Shown piece by piece: positions 1 to 9,503 of a stretch of DNA of 64,000 nt (positions are counted from its first letter, which is position 1; every line of letters begins with the position of its first letter). The notes below the pieces were generated by a model, which searched no databases, was not told where the DNA came from, and saw nothing but the letters and a program-made list of their open reading frames with translations. Source of the stretch: an uncultured Ignavibacteria bacterium (GTDB lineage Bacteria; Zixibacteria; MSB-5A5; SM1-73); the NCBI GenBank assembly GCA_964580215.1, contig CAZOJT010000011.1:5884-69883 (forward strand), written 5' to 3'. A program made the position numbers and the translations under genes.

Positions 1-431
1 GGAATCCTGAAGTTCTGTCCCATGGCTAATATGGTGATTCCCGGATAGGGCTTGTATCCCAAATAGACATAGTCGACTCCATTGACTTTTCCGTATTCTT
101 CAGCCACTTGGGCCACTACCTGTTCCACCATACCGGGACCGTTTTGATGTAAACAGCATAGCAAAAGTTTTACGTCTTTGGAAAAGCACTGCCTGGTTAT
201 GGCGTAAGACATCGGATGAAGCTCAGCCATGACCTCTGGAGCATAGTCTACCCCGATCATCAACACCTCTCCCGGCACCAGGCTCTCCACAAAATCATAT
301 ACACTTCTGGCCTCCGGGGTGACGTAGAGCGGAACCGCAAAAGACCAGATCGCGGTTACCACTACCACCAACCCTATCACCAGATAGACCCAGCGCCTAT
401 CTAAATTCATCATCCTTTCGTAAAAGGTCAT
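1..431 (-). CDS. 5' part (runs off window) of TM-anchored alpha/beta protein, paralog of 3122..3991 (module protein C2)
   Basis: Not in ORF track. Manual translation from ATG at 431 (SD GGAGGAG): MTFYERMMNLDRRWVYLVIGLVVVVTAIW...GVDYAPEVMAELHPM...DYVYLGY, aligning with IDRRIIF...SFDYDPGSMPELQPM...DYVNLGF of 3122..3991. Confidence 0.85.
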   Translation of the reverse strand, partial: MTFYERMMNLDRRWVYLVIGLVVVVTAIWSFAVPLYVTPEARSVYDFVESLVPGEVLMIGVDYAPEVMAELHPMSYAITRQCFSKDVKLLLCCLHQNGPGMVEQVVAQVAEEYGKVNGVDYVYLGYKPYPGITILAMGQNFRI

Positions 432-440
432 TTCTCCTCC

Positions 441-1070
441 TCAATCTCTTCCCATATAGCCTCTCTCAATTCCTAACATAATCTTTAAGGCGGTAGCAGT
501 CGCCCCCAGACCTACACCTAACCAGAAAGCCCTCTTGGCTGCCATGTTGGGCACCGTCAAGATAAAATTAACCAACCACTGATTTACAGCGGACAGGGGA
601 CCTAAGGGGACCAATCTCAACATGATTATTATTGCCGAAACAAGCAGGATAGTAGCCAAAACTGTTCGGGCCCGGAAGGCCCGGTAGGCGGCAGAGGCGA
701 TATAGAAAGCCAAAAGTGAGAACATGGCCGCCTGTATGGGAATGTAAATATATTCGAAGATGTCCATGAAAAGAGTGCCGTATTTGAGGCTATCCTGATA
801 GTGTGGAACCAAGCCAACGAACACCATGACGAACAGCCCCACCAGGGCCACCACGCTGTATCCCCAGCCTTCTGCTTTTTTCCTAACTTTGGTCACCATC
901 ATGTTGGTCAGGCTATACAAACCTAAAGCCATGGCAAAACAGCCGATCACCATGGTCCAATCCAAAGCCCACTCATATAACGTTTCAAACTCTTCTCGGG
1001 GGATAAAATACTGAATTAACATGAAGAAACCGACACCGGCGACAACAGCGATAGGTAACGTTCTGCGCAT
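441..1070 (-). CDS. Uncharacterised multi-pass membrane protein (module protein B2), paralog of 3998..4645
   Basis: About 5-6 hydrophobic segments; AMFSLLAFYIASAAYRAFRAR and C-terminal GIERGYMG shared with B1. Confidence 0.85.
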   Translation of the reverse strand: MRRTLPIAVVAGVGFFMLIQYFIPREEFETLYEWALDWTMVIGCFAMALGLYSLTNMMVTKVRKKAEGWGYSVVALVGLFVMVFVGLVPHYQDSLKYGTLFMDIFEYIYIPIQAAMFSLLAFYIASAAYRAFRARTVLATILLVSAIIIMLRLVPLGPLSAVNQWLVNFILTVPNMAAKRAFWLGVGLGATATALKIMLGIERGYMGRD

Positions 1071-1083
1071 TTTTATCTCCTAA

Positions 1084-2331
1084 TTAGAGCTGCACTGCAA
1101 ACAAGTTCAAGAAAAACTGGAAATTAAAAGTGGCTGCCAGAGCACCCAGGATTAAAGCGAGCATGACCACTGCCTTCCCCCAGTCCTGACCCTTCAAGGT
1201 TCCCAGAAGTGTCGGCTCCCTTCCCAGATAGGCTGAGGCCGCATAAAGTTCTTCCCCAATTAGAGTGTAATCTGTGGCTGCGACGAAGAAGGGAATCTGA
1301 GCGATCTCGTCCGTGCCGGAAATCTGGATAGAGCCGGCCAAAGAGCCGGTCTCAGCCAAAAGCAAGGACTCAGCATAAAACTTCCCCAGGTAAAAATTGG
1401 TGGCTGGCTTTTCCCTGAGCATTATCCCATTCACCCCGGCCACATAAGCAAACTGCATGGAGGTCAGATAATATATGTTCTCCTCTTTATACTGATCCGG
1501 TCTTCCTGCTTCCAAATAGGCCGCTCTGACCGTCTCCTGCGCCACTGCCATAACTATTGGATCACAGCAGGGAATCAAAATCGGAGTTTGATACTCTGCC
1601 ACCTTCTTGGCTACCCTGCTCAAAATCGTAAACGAAGCTATGGTAGCTATCATGTCTGCGCTGCCCAACCCTAAAATATATAGAATGGGCTTACCCATCT
1701 CCGTGGCTCTACCTATGGCGTCATCCACCGCCTCGATCCCGGCTAGAGGACGGATATAAAGCTTCTTCCCCTTCCGGGCCACAGTGATGAAAACAAGGCA
1801 GAAAGTGGAAAAGAGCAGCACGGCCACCACCACCGGGGTTTTGCCGGTGTGGTACCACTGGCCATAGGCATGAGCGGGCGGAGAGACCTCCGAATCAGAG
1901 AAAAGCCCATCGCCTCTTGCCCTGACCTTATAGTAGAAATCTTTGTGCGGGGGAAGATAGTTGGCGTCTTCTTTTTCCTTAGCCCCTTTGTCCTCGAAGA
2001 CGTTCTCTCCGGCAGGAGCCAGTCCTCGCACCTCGAATTCACCATCAGGGGAATCAGACCTTAATACCTCGTAGGACACCACGTTATTCCGGCCGGCTCC
2101 ATCATCTACAGAAAGCTTCCAGCTAACAGTGATGGAATGCCCGTTGTCATTCGGGGTGTCAAAGGCTTTAACTTCCGTGGGAGGTGCCGGAGGTTGGGCT
2201 AAAGAATCCTCCAAAACTTCAGCTTCTCCCTCTTCTTGAGCAAAAGAGACACAAAACCCTAAGAATAGAAGAGGAATTACAAGCAATAGAATTCGCAAAA
2301 ATTTGTTCCGGAAAACGCTTCTTTTTATCAT
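1084..2331 (-). CDS. Signal peptide + fibronectin type III + TM + DUF6754-like domain protein (module protein A2)
   Basis: FN3-like PAPPTEVKAFD...ITVSW...YEVLRS...YYKVRA; after the TM helix RPLAGIEAVDDAIGRATEMG...DYTLIGEELYAASAYL. Confidence 0.8.
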   Translation of the reverse strand: MIKRSVFRNKFLRILLLVIPLLFLGFCVSFAQEEGEAEVLEDSLAQPPAPPTEVKAFDTPNDNGHSITVSWKLSVDDGAGRNNVVSYEVLRSDSPDGEFEVRGLAPAGENVFEDKGAKEKEDANYLPPHKDFYYKVRARGDGLFSDSEVSPPAHAYGQWYHTGKTPVVVAVLLFSTFCLVFITVARKGKKLYIRPLAGIEAVDDAIGRATEMGKPILYILGLGSADMIATIASFTILSRVAKKVAEYQTPILIPCCDPIVMAVAQETVRAAYLEAGRPDQYKEENIYYLTSMQFAYVAGVNGIMLREKPATNFYLGKFYAESLLLAETGSLAGSIQISGTDEIAQIPFFVAATDYTLIGEELYAASAYLGREPTLLGTLKGQDWGKAVVMLALILGALAATFNFQFFLNLFAVQL

Positions 2332-2352
2332 CTTAGCTCCTTAACAAAACTG

Positions 2353-2431
2353 TCAACGGATGCAGCGGATTCAACGGATTTCATCTGCTTAATCCGTTGA
2401 CTTCATCCGCTCAATCCGTTCCATCCGTTGA
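2353..2431. repeat. Imperfect palindrome built from ~9-bp units (CAACGGATG/CAGCGGATT and their complements)
   Basis: gtcaacggatgcagcggattcaacggatt...aatccgttgacttcatccgctcaatccgttccatccgttga, intergenic. Confidence 0.75.
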
Positions 2432-2450
2432 TAGTCCTATAACCAACTCA

Positions 2451-3107
2451 TCAAATCAAACCCAGCCAATTGCTGAAAAGAAAATACATTCTACCGATTA
2501 AAAGCGACATACGGCTCATCACCGTATATCCGAATAGCGCTCCAAAGGTAATCATCAGAAACCAGATTCCCACCCGGGCGGCTCCTCCAAATGCACCTTT
2601 GTGTTCTTTGGAGAAGAAGAAGTAGATCAAACCGCAGAAGGTTCCCACCACTATCACGATGTTCCCGACGGTGGTGTGCAGATTTCCGCCGACAAACAAG
2701 GGCAAGATGGTCCCCTTCACCTGAATTATGCCGTTGCTCTGTAAGTAACGGGTGAACTGCAAACCGGCGGTGGTTCCCACCACGAAAGCTAAAGACCATC
2801 GGGATAACCAACCCACCTTGGGGAAAAGTCTTAGCAACATCAAAACCCCCAAAAAACCTCCTATAAGATATATCCAGTGATAATCTATCCTACCGTTTGT
2901 GACAAGCTCGGTATAAGCTAACGCCAGATTGTCCACTAATTTGGGCAAAAAGTACTGCCAGAAGATGACCACAAACCAGTAGCCGGCTGATACGCCTACA
3001 AACAGCGCCTCAGAGAATTTATAGAAGGGGTTATCTTTATATAGAAAGCTGAAAATACCTAAAGTCAGGATAGCACCGATCCACACTCCCACAACTTCTC
3101 CACTCAT
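2451..3107 (-). CDS. Uncharacterised multi-pass membrane protein (module protein D)
   Basis: About 6 hydrophobic segments; SFLYKDNPFYKFSEALFVGVSAGY and LMITFGALFGYTVMSRMSLLIGR; SD GGAGG. Confidence 0.85.
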   Translation of the reverse strand: MSGEVVGVWIGAILTLGIFSFLYKDNPFYKFSEALFVGVSAGYWFVVIFWQYFLPKLVDNLALAYTELVTNGRIDYHWIYLIGGFLGVLMLLRLFPKVGWLSRWSLAFVVGTTAGLQFTRYLQSNGIIQVKGTILPLFVGGNLHTTVGNIVIVVGTFCGLIYFFFSKEHKGAFGGAARVGIWFLMITFGALFGYTVMSRMSLLIGRMYFLFSNWLGLI

Positions 3108-3121
3108 CTTTCAACCTCCAG

Positions 3122-3991
3122 CTAAGACCTCTTCCTTTTCCTCAATGAGAAGAAAGCCAGATTACCTATTATGATAAACAAACAGATCACCGCATGGGCT
3201 ACGGCTTGAGAGAACATATATCTCACCGCTATTCCTGGTATTCCCAGGACAGTTTCATATTCAGCTCCACCCTTCATTCCTCCCAAAACTCCAGCCAGTT
3301 GTCCGGTCTGAACGTATGGATACATCGAAGGGGCTTGAACCGCGGTGTTGCCTGCCGCCAATTTAACATGAAAAACGTCCACTGCATATTGCACCCACTC
3401 CTGTGTTCCCGGATACCCGGCCGACAGACTATATATAAGATCTACGTTATCATAGTTTTTGACACCCTTCATCAGAGGAAGCTCAGAAAGAGGCGTCCCC
3501 TGACCATCTTTGGGATATGATTCCTCAAAACTATGTCCCATTCGATCGATCACCACCTCGTTGCCGGCGGTGAATCCTAAATTGACATAATCTATGCCAT
3601 ACTGCAGATTCTTAGCTTTTATGTCTTCATCCTTAAAGACTTCTTCTAAAGCCATGTTTGCCTGAAGCGGACCCTGGGGCCATAAGCCCATGATGATCAC
3701 CTTCAAATCCTTTCTAAAACAATGCCTGAAGAAGGCCTCAGCCATAGGTTGAAGTTCGGGCATGGAGCCGGGATCATAATCAAAGGAGACCAATACCTTG
3801 GAACCCGCGGGAAGTTCTTCGATGGCGTCATACACCCCTCGCACAATCGGAGTTACCGGTATATGCATAGATACTTTAAAAAACAAGGGCACGGCAATAG
3901 CTACGGCGATGAAAAGGAATATTATCCTTCGATCGATGCTTAAAAGCTTTTCCCAAAAGCTCTTCTCTTCTTGGTTGTTTTCCTGATTCAT
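3122..3991 (-). CDS. Membrane-anchored alpha/beta domain protein with N- and C-terminal TM helices (module protein C1)
   Basis: 289-aa ORF; TM RIIFLFIAVAIAVPLFF, soluble core with GGMKGGAEYE, C-terminal TM. Confidence 0.85.
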   Translation of the reverse strand: MNQENNQEEKSFWEKLLSIDRRIIFLFIAVAIAVPLFFKVSMHIPVTPIVRGVYDAIEELPAGSKVLVSFDYDPGSMPELQPMAEAFFRHCFRKDLKVIIMGLWPQGPLQANMALEEVFKDEDIKAKNLQYGIDYVNLGFTAGNEVVIDRMGHSFEESYPKDGQGTPLSELPLMKGVKNYDNVDLIYSLSAGYPGTQEWVQYAVDVFHVKLAAGNTAVQAPSMYPYVQTGQLAGVLGGMKGGAEYETVLGIPGIAVRYMFSQAVAHAVICLFIIIGNLAFFSLRKRKRS

Positions 3992-3997
3992 CTTTAT

Positions 3998-4645
3998 TTA
4001 ATCTCCTCCCATGTAAGTCCTCTCCAGTCCCAATATCACGCGCAGCGCTGAGGAAACCAGCCCCAGAGCTATGCCTATCATGATAGCCCTCTGTCCTGCC
4101 GTCTGGGGGAAATCCATGATCCAGTCTGCCGCATTTCCCAATCGATATCCTTCGGGAAGCCAGACGGTAATCCAGTCTCCGATGGGAACCCGACCCAACA
4201 TCAGCACAAAGGCTGCTACTAAAAGCATGGTGGCTTCCACATTTCTTGCCCGAAAAGCCCGATAGGAGGCTGAAGCGACAAAGAAAGCCAGAAGGGCGAA
4301 CATGGTGGCGGAAAGCGGATAATACACATGGATATAGAGATAGTAGAAGGGTGTGCCCACCTCTGAAAATGACCTCCCGCCGGAGAAGAACAGGCCAGGT
4401 ATGGTTATCACCAAAAATCCTAAAATTACTACTATCCCGAAGGGCCAATCCCTTTGTTTCTTATAAATCTTATCTGCATTGATTCTGAGCAGGTTCAAAA
4501 CCCCTAAATAGATGGCAAATGCGGCTATTATAAAAAACCAGTCTTCGAACATATCTTTCAATATGTTGAGAGGGGGAATAAAGTGGGCGATTATCATGGT
4601 GAGCCCCACCATGGCGGTCAAAACTAAGGGAACCTCTCTTCGCAT
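3998..4645 (-). CDS. Uncharacterised multi-pass membrane protein (module protein B1)
   Basis: ATMFALLAFFVASASYRAFRAR, C-terminal GLERTYMGGD; tight spacing with neighbours. Confidence 0.85.
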   Translation of the reverse strand: MRREVPLVLTAMVGLTMIIAHFIPPLNILKDMFEDWFFIIAAFAIYLGVLNLLRINADKIYKKQRDWPFGIVVILGFLVITIPGLFFSGGRSFSEVGTPFYYLYIHVYYPLSATMFALLAFFVASASYRAFRARNVEATMLLVAAFVLMLGRVPIGDWITVWLPEGYRLGNAADWIMDFPQTAGQRAIMIGIALGLVSSALRVILGLERTYMGGD

Positions 4646-4666
4646 TTTCCTCTCCTCTAATCCTCC

Positions 4667-5914
4667 TTAGAAAAGCTTTTCTGCTAAATTGGGAAGGTTC
4701 CATCCAAAAACTGAATTTAGGGTAAGCAAGACTACCCCTGCAAAAATGACCAAAAGGAAGATGAACTTGCCCACATCCTGTCCCTTGAGACTTCCCAAAA
4801 GCTTGGGGTCCTTGGAAAGATAGGCGGAAGCGGCAAAGAGCTCCTCGCCGATCAAAGTGTAATCACAACAGGCGACGAAGAACGGGAGCTGAGACGGCAT
4901 GGCGGTCCCGGCGATCTGAATAGCGCCAATGGAGTTGGCCGTTTCCGCCAGGATCAATGACTCCGCATAAAACTGCCCCTGAAGAAAAACAACCGCCGGT
5001 TTTTCCCTTATGAAGAGACCGTCCAGTGCAGCGGCGTAACCAAACTGATCATCGGTTAGGTAATAAACCATGTTGTCGTTGTAAGCATCCGGTCTTCCGG
5101 CGTTGAGGTATGCCTCTTTTACCGTCTCTCTGCAAGTGACCATGACTAAAGATCTTGAGACCGGCACCTCCAATTTGGTTTCATATTCAGCCGCCAGCTT
5201 GGCCACCCTTCCCAGAATGGTGACGCCGGCGATGGTCTGCATGCTGTCCATATCCATGATACCGGGTATAAAGATTATCTTTCGTCCCATCTCAGTCGCC
5301 CGTCCCACCGCATCATCCACCGCCTCCAGCCCGGCGATCTTACGGATAAAAAGCTCCTTGCCAGTCTTGGCGCTGTTTATGAAGTAAAAGATGGCAAACC
5401 CGATTATCAAAGCAAGGATAAACAGAGTCAACCTGCTTAAATCGAACCATTGAACCTTGGAAAAAGCCGGATTGCTCGGCAACGATAGGGATGTCCCTGC
5501 CAGTGAGATCACCTTGATTTTGTAAAAATATCTCACCTTATTTTTGGTATCACTGTCGGAAAATGAAGTTGCGCCAGGAGCAGTGTTTCCGATATGTTCG
5601 TAACCTTCATCTCTGTTTGTGGATCTGAGGATTTCGTATTCGGTCACATTGTTTGCTCCTTCTCCGTCGTCAGCCGATTTCTCCCAACTGATGGTGATAG
5701 CGCCCCCTTTGTCGTTGGGGATATCTTTGGCAGTCACGTTGGCGGGGGGAGCGGGAAGAGGGGCTTCTGCTTCCTCGACGGGTTCGCCCTCAACTTCAGA
5801 TGTCTCTTGTGCTTCAACCGGAAATGGTGTGAGCAGGAAAAGAATAGCAAGAAGAAATATCAAGAAGAAAAACGTCGATTTTGATTCAAAAAACGGGGTA
5901 TGTGTTTTAATCAT
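4667..5914 (-). CDS. Signal peptide + FN3 + TM + DUF6754-like domain protein (module protein A1)
   Basis: Signal ending VEA-Q; FN3 PAPPANVTAKD...ITISW...YEILRS; RKIAGLEAVDDAVGRATEMG...DYTLIGEELFAASAYL. Confidence 0.8.
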   Translation of the reverse strand: MIKTHTPFFESKSTFFFLIFLLAILFLLTPFPVEAQETSEVEGEPVEEAEAPLPAPPANVTAKDIPNDKGGAITISWEKSADDGEGANNVTEYEILRSTNRDEGYEHIGNTAPGATSFSDSDTKNKVRYFYKIKVISLAGTSLSLPSNPAFSKVQWFDLSRLTLFILALIIGFAIFYFINSAKTGKELFIRKIAGLEAVDDAVGRATEMGRKIIFIPGIMDMDSMQTIAGVTILGRVAKLAAEYETKLEVPVSRSLVMVTCRETVKEAYLNAGRPDAYNDNMVYYLTDDQFGYAAALDGLFIREKPAVVFLQGQFYAESLILAETANSIGAIQIAGTAMPSQLPFFVACCDYTLIGEELFAASAYLSKDPKLLGSLKGQDVGKFIFLLVIFAGVVLLTLNSVFGWNLPNLAEKLF

Positions 5915-6116
5915 GGCTTTTTAAAAAATAAAAAACCTCCGAAGATGGTTTACCTAAGAAGGTTCAATTTCAAGTAATTTCAAGACGGTTAACTGTTACA
6001 ACTTTATTTTTGATTTCAGCTTTGCCCGGCAAGCCTGAAATGATTTGTAGCATCATAGAGTTCTCGAACCAAACTTGAAAAGCTTCACACCAACTTTACT
6101 CGCCCCTAGATTTTTT

Positions 6117-6145
6117 AATTTACCACAAGGACTCAATTAAGTCAA
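6117..6145 (-). promoter_or_regulatory. Sigma70-type promoter for the A1-B1-C1-D-A2-B2-C2 operon
   Basis: TTGACT-17 bp-TAAATT on - strand. Confidence 0.6.
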
Positions 6146-6327
6146 GGAAAAAATTAGGGTTTGTCAACGCAAATTAAAAATGTCAGGTGCGAAGCATTCA
6201 TACGAATTTTTTGCAAATTTAAAATGTCAGTAATTTATGGTTATGAGCTCATTTTCGTGTAAAGCAAGCGATTTGAGGCATTTCCTTTTTTGATTCAAAT
6301 AAGACAAGCTTTCTATGATTACAAAAA

Positions 6328-6357
6328 GCCAGCACCTAACTTAAGTTAGGTGCTGGC
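6328..6357. repeat. Perfect 30-bp palindrome; related copy at 21225-21252
   Basis: gccagcacctaactt|aagttaggtgctggc. Confidence 0.8.
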
Positions 6358-6444
6358 GCTTATTTCCGCACATCATAAAATAGTTAGATTATTGCTATGT
6401 CGGCATAATGTTGGACCAACACACAACGGCAGATTTTTTCTGTT

Positions 6445-7572
6445 TTATTCCTCCAGCATCTCTACGTTAGCCCGTGGGATTATGGCTTTGGTTCCGTCTG
6501 CGAACTCCACCTCCAGAACCCTGGCAGATGATTCCGATTCTAACTTCTGCAGGGCTGGAGGGAGGCCACTCACCTTACCCAATCGTCCAAAATGGGGCTC
6601 GCGGATCACTCGCACCGGGTAGCCCTCGGTGAGTCCAACAGTCTCAAATTCCTCCACCTCCTTCTTTTTATGCACATCCCCTTCAAACGGAATCACCACC
6701 TCCGGACGGATAACCCCTGCTCGAATCTGAGTGGCTCCATTTATACAAGCCATCTTGCCTTCTTTTGATTTCAAGAGGGAAAACGTCTTCTCAGCCATGT
6801 TCATCTGTCCGAATCCTTCGGTGACCACCAGGGTTATTCCCAATTCCTCCGATCCGGTGATAGCTACACCCAAGTCGTATCCTAAGAAGTCTCTTAAGTC
6901 TTTGTCGTCGAATCCACCCACCACGATTCCCTTAGCACCCAGTCTTATGGCTTTTTTTATGGCATCTGCAGTGACCAACCCCCCCCCAATGACTACTTTA
7001 TCTTTGCACTCCTTCTCGATTAACTTGTCTGTCAACACTTCAGTACTATCTTTCACCACCACCTTGATCTCTCCATGCGTCTCACCTCCGATGCCGAAGA
7101 TACCTTGAATAAAGGATGCCCAGGTGGAAACCGCCACCCCTTCTCTCTCATATACCTCCATCACTTCCCCCTCCAGATATGCCTTGATCTCCACCGGGAT
7201 GGGATTCCCTCGGATCAAAACCTGTCCGGTGACCGAAGAGATGCTCTCCACGCTTCCTTCTGTTTTGGTTTTGCATTCTGAGGAGAAAAGCCCGAAGAAG
7301 CTTTTGCTCTTAGCAATAACCTCTCCATCTTTGACCTTTTCTCCCTCTTTTTTCAGCATATAATGCATTATGTCCTCTGGCGGGATACCCAAAATGTTAG
7401 CCACGTTGATCGGTTGCACGTTTCCCGGAAGCAGGGTTCGAGCCACTACCGTATCCGGCCTTACCTTGTCTCCAACCTTACTGAGAACGTCTCCCTTCAA
7501 TGGAAGTATTCTCTTCTTGGTTAAAAGAACCTTTTCCGTTACTTTAAGTCCCGGCGTATATGCATGACCCAT
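6445..7572 (-). CDS. Conserved hypothetical soluble protein: barrel-sandwich-hybrid-like segment, central alpha/beta domain, C-terminal KOW/SH3-like domain
   Basis: GEVIAKSK...EGSVESIS; KVVIGGGLVTADAIKKA..LGAKGIVVGG; GYPVRVIREPHFGRLGKV; SD AAGGAG. Confidence 0.75.
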   Translation of the reverse strand: MGHAYTPGLKVTEKVLLTKKRILPLKGDVLSKVGDKVRPDTVVARTLLPGNVQPINVANILGIPPEDIMHYMLKKEGEKVKDGEVIAKSKSFFGLFSSECKTKTEGSVESISSVTGQVLIRGNPIPVEIKAYLEGEVMEVYEREGVAVSTWASFIQGIFGIGGETHGEIKVVVKDSTEVLTDKLIEKECKDKVVIGGGLVTADAIKKAIRLGAKGIVVGGFDDKDLRDFLGYDLGVAITGSEELGITLVVTEGFGQMNMAEKTFSLLKSKEGKMACINGATQIRAGVIRPEVVIPFEGDVHKKKEVEEFETVGLTEGYPVRVIREPHFGRLGKVSGLPPALQKLESESSARVLEVEFADGTKAIIPRANVEMLEE

Positions 7573-7592
7573 TTAAATAGCTCCTTATTTTT

Positions 7593-8156
7593 TCACTCAA
7601 AGAATTTATGTTTCTCCAAGAAGTTGTATTTCTCCTTTATCAGATCCTGTGGAAATTTTGGTTTTAGATCACTCACTTTTCTTAATACCATCTGCTTGTG
7701 TTTTATATCATTGTCACACAGACTCTTGGTTTTTTCAAAAACATAGTGTATCGTTGCCAAAAGCTCCAAATCCGCAGGTTCTTCAGAACCAAATGTTTCA
7801 ATAATCTTGTTAATATCTTTTATATTTTTCTGTACAAAACTTTCTGCATCTTTTTCACATCCTTGAGTTGATTTACTCTCGATACGGATGATTTCGTATC
7901 CCATCTTCTTCGGATCCTCTTGGATTTTAATCAAACCAAAAAGTTGCATCATATCTAAGTCCTGTTTCAACGAATCTGAATATGGTCCAAAGTGATAAAA
8001 ATAGAATTCATACTGAAGGGGTAATTCTGAATATGTTTTAAGAAAATAAAACACCTTCTGAATAACGACTTTACCAAAATAGTGCCTTTTTTCACCAAGC
8101 TTGTTTATCACATAACTTATTATTCCGTAACGAGCAAAATCATCCATTGCTACCAT
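7593..8156 (-). CDS. YwgA / SocA-Panacea-like winged-helix protein
   Basis: GKVVIQKVFYFLK...FYFYHFGPYSDSL and LELLATIHY motifs. Confidence 0.65.
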   Translation of the reverse strand: MVAMDDFARYGIISYVINKLGEKRHYFGKVVIQKVFYFLKTYSELPLQYEFYFYHFGPYSDSLKQDLDMMQLFGLIKIQEDPKKMGYEIIRIESKSTQGCEKDAESFVQKNIKDINKIIETFGSEEPADLELLATIHYVFEKTKSLCDNDIKHKQMVLRKVSDLKPKFPQDLIKEKYNFLEKHKFFE

Positions 8157-8181
8157 AGCTGCACCTCCTTCGAGTTGGAAT

Positions 8182-9489
8182 CTATGATTCCTTCCAAGAC
8201 ATTCCTCTGACGTATTCTTTTATCTCGTTCATAATTGATGATTCTTGACAATAGAGCCTTAGTATATCGAATTTTTTAAGGTTCCTAAGGAGATCGGTTT
8301 TGTAACTAATACTGGAGTAGTGTGGATCTGAACCAGCATCTTCGGTTTTGTAAATAAAGTCTTCTTCCTCTTCCAAAAACTTGTTCGGCGCCTCGCTTGC
8401 TCTATCTATTCTGAAGTCTATATCCTTAAATTTTGGTACACCTTTCAGTTTCTCTACATTCTCATAAAATCTTCTCTTTTCCCATCGTGCTGTGGCCTCA
8501 TTTCTCAACTCAACGTAGTGAATAGGCTTATAGTGTTTACGCTCGATAACAACCCGGGCTTTGTCACCTTTCTCACCCTCTTTTTTCATAGCTTCTTTCA
8601 TTAAATGAACAACGTAGTAATCATCGTAGATCAAATATTTTTGTAGGTTTTCAGGATATTTGTTATCAGGGAGAACTGATTTCAAGAAATCTGTTAGATG
8701 AAAATCATATGCTCTTCTAATATCATGAAAATACACCTGCAAAAACATGTAGTATCTTGCCAGAATAAGCCCTTCAGCGGCCAATATGCCACCCTCTTCG
8801 ATTCCTAATACCGGTTGTTGCCTTAATTCTGCTATTAGTAAAGTATTGGTTAAACGGTCTATATCGAAACGACCATAATGCACCCCAGCGTAATGGGAGT
8901 CTCGCCAGAGATAATCCATTTTGTCAACATCTAAGGGACCGTCAATTATTTGTTGCAATAAGGGGTCAACGCCGATGTTTCTTGAAACGAAATCAGCTAC
9001 TTTTTCTGTCGTTATATCCATCTCTTTGATTTCCTGCGATTCGAAAATCTGCTGAAGCTCATGATTTTCTTTAATAATTCTGGCTGTGTATTGTTTATGA
9101 CTTAAACCCGGTCTAAAAAGCTCTTTTTCTCCGACGTGTGAAAAGGCTGGATGTCCAATATCGTGGAGAAGTGCCACGAGTCGGATTAAAGCTCGTTTCC
9201 TGTCTACTTGTTCTCTATCTTGAGTCCAATCTACAATTCTGTCTCCTTTCCCGTCTTTCTCTACTACTGTATTAAAAACTCTATCAGCTAATTCCATGGT
9301 TCCAAGCGAATGAGCAAATCGTGTATGGTCTGCTCCATGATATACTAAATAGGTTGTTCCCAATTGCTTTATCCTTCTCAGTCTTTGAAAAACGGAGGTG
9401 TCGATTATTTTCCGCTCTATGTCATAAACTTTTATAAACCCATGAATCGGGTCCCTGAAAATATGATATTTGCCAAAATAGTCACCCAT
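8182..9489 (-). CDS. HD-domain dNTP triphosphohydrolase-like protein (SAMHD1/YwfO-like)
   Basis: RDPIHG, FQRLRRIKQLG, HTRFAHSLG, ALLHDIGH.AFSH, LDVDKMDYLWRDS. Confidence 0.9.
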   Translation of the reverse strand: MGDYFGKYHIFRDPIHGFIKVYDIERKIIDTSVFQRLRRIKQLGTTYLVYHGADHTRFAHSLGTMELADRVFNTVVEKDGKGDRIVDWTQDREQVDRKRALIRLVALLHDIGHPAFSHVGEKELFRPGLSHKQYTARIIKENHELQQIFESQEIKEMDITTEKVADFVSRNIGVDPLLQQIIDGPLDVDKMDYLWRDSHYAGVHYGRFDIDRLTNTLLIAELRQQPVLGIEEGGILAAEGLILARYYMFLQVYFHDIRRAYDFHLTDFLKSVLPDNKYPENLQKYLIYDDYYVVHLMKEAMKKEGEKGDKARVVIERKHYKPIHYVELRNEATARWEKRRFYENVEKLKGVPKFKDIDFRIDRASEAPNKFLEEEEDFIYKTEDAGSDPHYSSISYKTDLLRNLKKFDILRLYCQESSIMNEIKEYVRGMSWKES

Positions 9490-9503
9490 GAGTTGCGCTC
9501 ACC

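Noticed and set aside
2353-2431. CRISPR array (also considered 38411-38851)
   Set aside because: No constant repeat with unique spacers; no cas genes
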